In this document: positions 60,532 to 64,000 of the stretch, piece after piece | Layout: each line of letters begins with the position of its first letter | Numbering within the stretch: the first letter of the stretch is position 1 | Assembly: GCA_010093705.1 (NCBI GenBank) | Contig: MU006091.1 | Span: forward strand, 1,426,001-1,490,000 | DNA from: Patellaria atrata CBS 101060 | Lineage: Eukaryota | Length of the DNA: 64,000 nt | Direction of reading: 5' to 3' | Translations under genes and position numbers: made by a program | The notes under the pieces: model-generated | Told to the model about the DNA's origin: nothing | What the model saw: only the letters and a program-made list of their open reading frames with translations | The model's database searches: none

Positions 60532-61843
60532 TTATCCACACTTTCGAAGACCTACGGCACGGTACGCTATTGGTACATACGATAACTTCCACCCCTTTAT
60601 AACCCATACCACTTCCTCCTTACTTCCAATCCTTATACCCACATACCTCCCCCTAAACTTCTCATCCATGTATACCCACCACCTCTCCCCAACGAACATC
60701 TCCCCATCGCCCAGACTCAAGTTCCAAACCTCCATGTCCTGGTCATCGTCCAATCGTTTAGCAATGAACGACCGTTCTTAGATGTTGGTGGATAGGTGAT
60801 ATCTAATATCTAATACCCTTTCCTGTACCCCGTCTTTGTTGAGCGCACTCACACTTCGTACATCGAGGGCGCAGTCAGTCCTTACATTTAGAATATAGTA
60901 GAGTAGAATAGAGTTAGAATACGCTTACTTCCCCCCGNNNNNNNNNNNNNNNNNNNNNNNNNNNNNNNNNNNNNNNNNNNNNNNNNNNNNNNNNNNNNNN
61001 NNNNNNNNNNNNNNNNNNNNNNNNNNNNNNNNNNNNNTTCCCTATCACGTAGCCACGGCAAACCTACCGAGAGACGGCGAGGGGGATTCTGTAAACCACA
61101 TAAACAGCATATACCACATATGTAGTCTTCCGCCATTCCTCATTCCTCTGCCAAGTTTCCAACTTCCAAGTCTTAGTTTTATATAACCTGGTAAAGAAGA
61201 TGGTGTGGAGCGGAAGGGATGGAGTATAAAGGCGAAATAGGGTACGGTATGGATTAGAGCGTGGGTAGGAGAGAAGGGAGGAAGGGGTGTCAGAAGCAAA
61301 ATGAACGATTAATGGTAGGGTATAAATAGGACGACGGGAGAAGCTTATCGTCTCAATATATCCGATGTATTCATTTAACTATTTTGCTGAGAGTTTGAGG
61401 GTACTTCGGATCTTGGGGTTAGATTTTGGGCATGGGTATCTTGAAAGCTGGCTCCGATATCGTTCTATACCCTATACCCTATACTCGATAGACGTTCATT
61501 GGATGCTGCTCACTGCTCAGGGGCGAGATGGGCGTAAGATGGAGGGTCTGAGACAGAGGTGCGATGAGATGGTACACGCCCGTTGGGGGGAGAGGGGGGA
61601 GGAGCCAGATAGCATGTTAGATTCAGTGCTGCTTTCCCAGTGACTGTTATGGGATGAGGAATGAGAACTTAGTGTGAGGGGTGAGCTGTGCGTCCTGTTT
61701 CTGCGGACGGGGGTTATGGTGGGGACGCTTGCGTTGCTGGTTTGTTCGAGGAGCGTGGAGGTGGGTTTGACTGGGTGGGCTGGATTTACCATATCGTAGA
61801 GTTCGGGGAATCTTGTGGAGGTCGAGAGGTGAGGGCGGAGCAT
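60532..61843 (-). pseudogene. RIP-like inactivated orphan gene C (spans a gap; one visible intron)
   Basis: From ATG 61843 one frame runs ~270 codons to the gap with five stops. After the gap, a GTAAGC..AAG intron (60881-60928) is followed by ~115 codons with a single internal TAA. Confidence 0.6.
60938..61037. other. Assembly gap (100 N)
   Basis: N run. Confidence 1.
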
Positions 61844-62408
61844 GGTAACGACTGGAAAGTATATAGGTGCGTTCAACGGTGCGGAGAGTTGTGCTTAAGG
61901 AGGGTGAGATAAGAGGGTGAGTATTTGCGAATGAGAGGTTATAACCGTTGTGTTACGATTAAATCTGTGTGAGGATAGAGGAGTGAGATTGGACTACTAT
62001 TAGAGGAAGAGCGGTGGATATGATCTTGTTAGATGCTCGAGGAACGTCAGTACACGAATTATTGTAGAGGAGTGGAATGCGGAACGTGATGGGGTTTGGG
62101 GTAAACAACTAGCTATTTTGAAAGGATAGCTCTCCGGCTTAACGGAAATAAGATTAGTGCACACAGGAATACGAGTGTATGATTTTGGGGCTTAAATAGT
62201 CGCCTTGGACTACTTAATAAGGGAATGCCTACCTGGTAGAAGTGAGGTATGCTCAAAAACACACAATAACCCCCCCCCCCGAAAGCCGTAAACCTAAACT
62301 CCATTTCAAATGCTGGGGTATCCATATCATTTTTCACACCCGAAAGCTCTAAATTTCCATCTTTCCTTTTACTCCAACCTCATCTCCAACGGTTCAGGCG
62401 ACTCCATC

Positions 62409-62952
62409 TTAATCACCACTAGCACATCCCCTACACCCACAACTTACACACTGGATGTCCTTCCCATCCCCGACTTGATTCCTAGGAACTCGACAGATGC
62501 AAGTAGCGTTAAAGTTCGTCTCCTTAGTCTGGATACACCGCACGCAGCAGAGCTTCTCATACCCCTGCTTTTTCCACTTCGCGATAAGATTTGCGTCGGC
62601 GTAGTTGTTCTTCAGGAGCCAGTCGTAAAGCTGTTTACTAATCGCCTCACGCTCGTAGTAGAGATCATATATATATCTTGAGCCTAGAGGGAGATAAAGG
62701 TTACTTTGAGGTCGTATATGGGGGGTTTCAGAGATAATGCGAAGATTTAGGTTGGATATGGGATGTTGATGGCTTACGTTGGTGTGTTATTTGCATGATC
62801 GGCCATAGCATTTCATGTCGTTTCTTGCCCTCGTGAGATTCGTTCTGTGCATCCTTCATCTTGTTTGCGAATTCAAGCAGTGTGTCTTCGATGTCTTCGA
62901 AGCCTTCGGGAGGCGGTTTACGGGATCCACGGGCAGTACGGACGGCAGGCAT
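62409..62952 (-). CDS. BUD31: Pre-mRNA splicing factor Bud31/Cwc14 (G10), 2 exons
   Basis: [68 protein letters not shown]. Confidence 0.96.
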
Positions 62953-63212
62953 GGTTGGAAATGCGTAAATAGATAGAGAATGGAAGCGATATGGTAGTGT
63001 AAAAGCTTATAAAGCGTTTGGAGGCGTTTAGATGGGTGAGGCGTTGGTTTTATAAAATGTATAGTGGTCTTTCACTGGACGAAGTGATGTTCTTTGATCT
63101 CGGGGGTTCCGGAGTATTCTCTCAGAATTCCTCCGTATCACTTTGCTACCGTCTAATATCTAACCTACATCGACGACCTCCGCAACCCATGTGAACGACG
63201 CAGGCCGCAACA

Positions 63213-63852
63213 ATGGTGATAAACCCGACCTATCTGGCGCAGAGGACGCGTACTTGTGAGTTTTTGAGCTTCACATATCTGGGTTGCCTCTAATAAGCTT
63301 CCAGCCGTCAATTGGAACGATGCGAAACGACGAGTGATACATTCATACCGAGATTGGCTTCGATCTGTCCGTTTACCTCTCCCTTTATTTTCTACGACCT
63401 AAAATATTCGAAGCATAGTGGATACCGCGATATATGATTTAGCTAATTTGGCGGTTTTCCTAGGCACCCGAAATTCAAACCATGTACTCCCTCAATATGC
63501 CGGTATCACGGTTACGGACGAAAATGCGGCAAGAGTTCGAGAGGCATAGATATGTCAGTCAGTTGAAGACAGTGGATGTGCTCCTCATGCACTCGCATAT
63601 GGAGTTTCAGGTATGTGTGAATACTGAATGGATATTGGGTAGTCGTATTGGAAGTGCTGACAATGCCGATGCGATAGGAAACTCTAAATTTCTGGAAACA
63701 ATTGACACATGTGCTGAAGTATTTCCGAGCGGAGGAAGATCCGAATGCTAGGTTGCCAACTAGCTTCATGAATGGCTTTTTGGAGGTATGTGCATTTGGT
63801 GACTTCGAATTTTTGAGTATTACCCTAATCAGCAATATAGGGCCGAAATTGA
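63213..63852 (+). CDS. NDUFA6: Complex I LYR subunit NDUFA6/B14 (14.8 kDa), 5 exons
   Basis: MVINPTYLAQRTRT|..AKRRVIHSYRDWLRS|APEIQTMYSL..KMRQEFERHRYV..|ETLNFWKQLTHVLKYFRAEEDP..FLE|GRN*. Confidence 0.93.
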
Positions 63853-64000
63853 GAGACTCTATCCTGTCTACTGTACATATGCGAATGAAATGGAATTGAA
63901 CCAAATACATAAGCGTCTTTCACTCCTGCTTTGCACGTACTTCGAACTCAAATGATCGCTAAACGCCTGTCATGCAATGTTCTGGATATCTTCAGTTTCG

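Noticed and set aside
1..64000. tRNA, rRNA, CRISPR arrays, intact transposons
   Set aside because: GTTCGA hits (e.g. ~32836, 39938, 60327) lack cloverleaf context; no repeat-spacer arrays; no transposase, RT or integrase motifs recognised.

Overview
A 64-kb window of a filamentous ascomycete genome (short GT-AG introns with CTRAY branch sites; Eurotiomycete-like proteins, by inference), with four assembly gaps. It holds about 17 spliced or single-exon genes: nuclear cap-binding subunit CBP80/STO1, GSK-3, WDR70, SUN-like SLP1, SAT4/HAL4 kinase, a CaMKK (CmkC-like), TRAPP BET5, a NIPA Mg2+ transporter, a CDF metal transporter, a tiny secreted/GPI-like protein, YOP1, an RFX factor, a Zn2Cys6 factor, a GH20 hexosaminidase, a Gly-rich orphan, a forkhead factor, and the divergent BUD31/NDUFA6 pair. 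Most notable: (i) three intron-containing, non-transposon-looking orphan genes have been inactivated by RIP-like C>T/G>A stops, and the two strongest TpA-rich patches each carry a related 60-85 bp imperfect palindrome ending in AGGGACGGGATA; (ii) an in-frame TGA appears to cut off the last 44 codons of the CaMKK; (iii) a 1-nt frameshift appears to split the GH20 signal peptide; (iv) local C-rich to G-rich strand-skew flips recur regardless of gene orientation. No tRNA, rRNA, CRISPR array or recognisable transposase/RT was found. Exon boundaries were read by eye and gene names rest on recalled motifs, not database searches.
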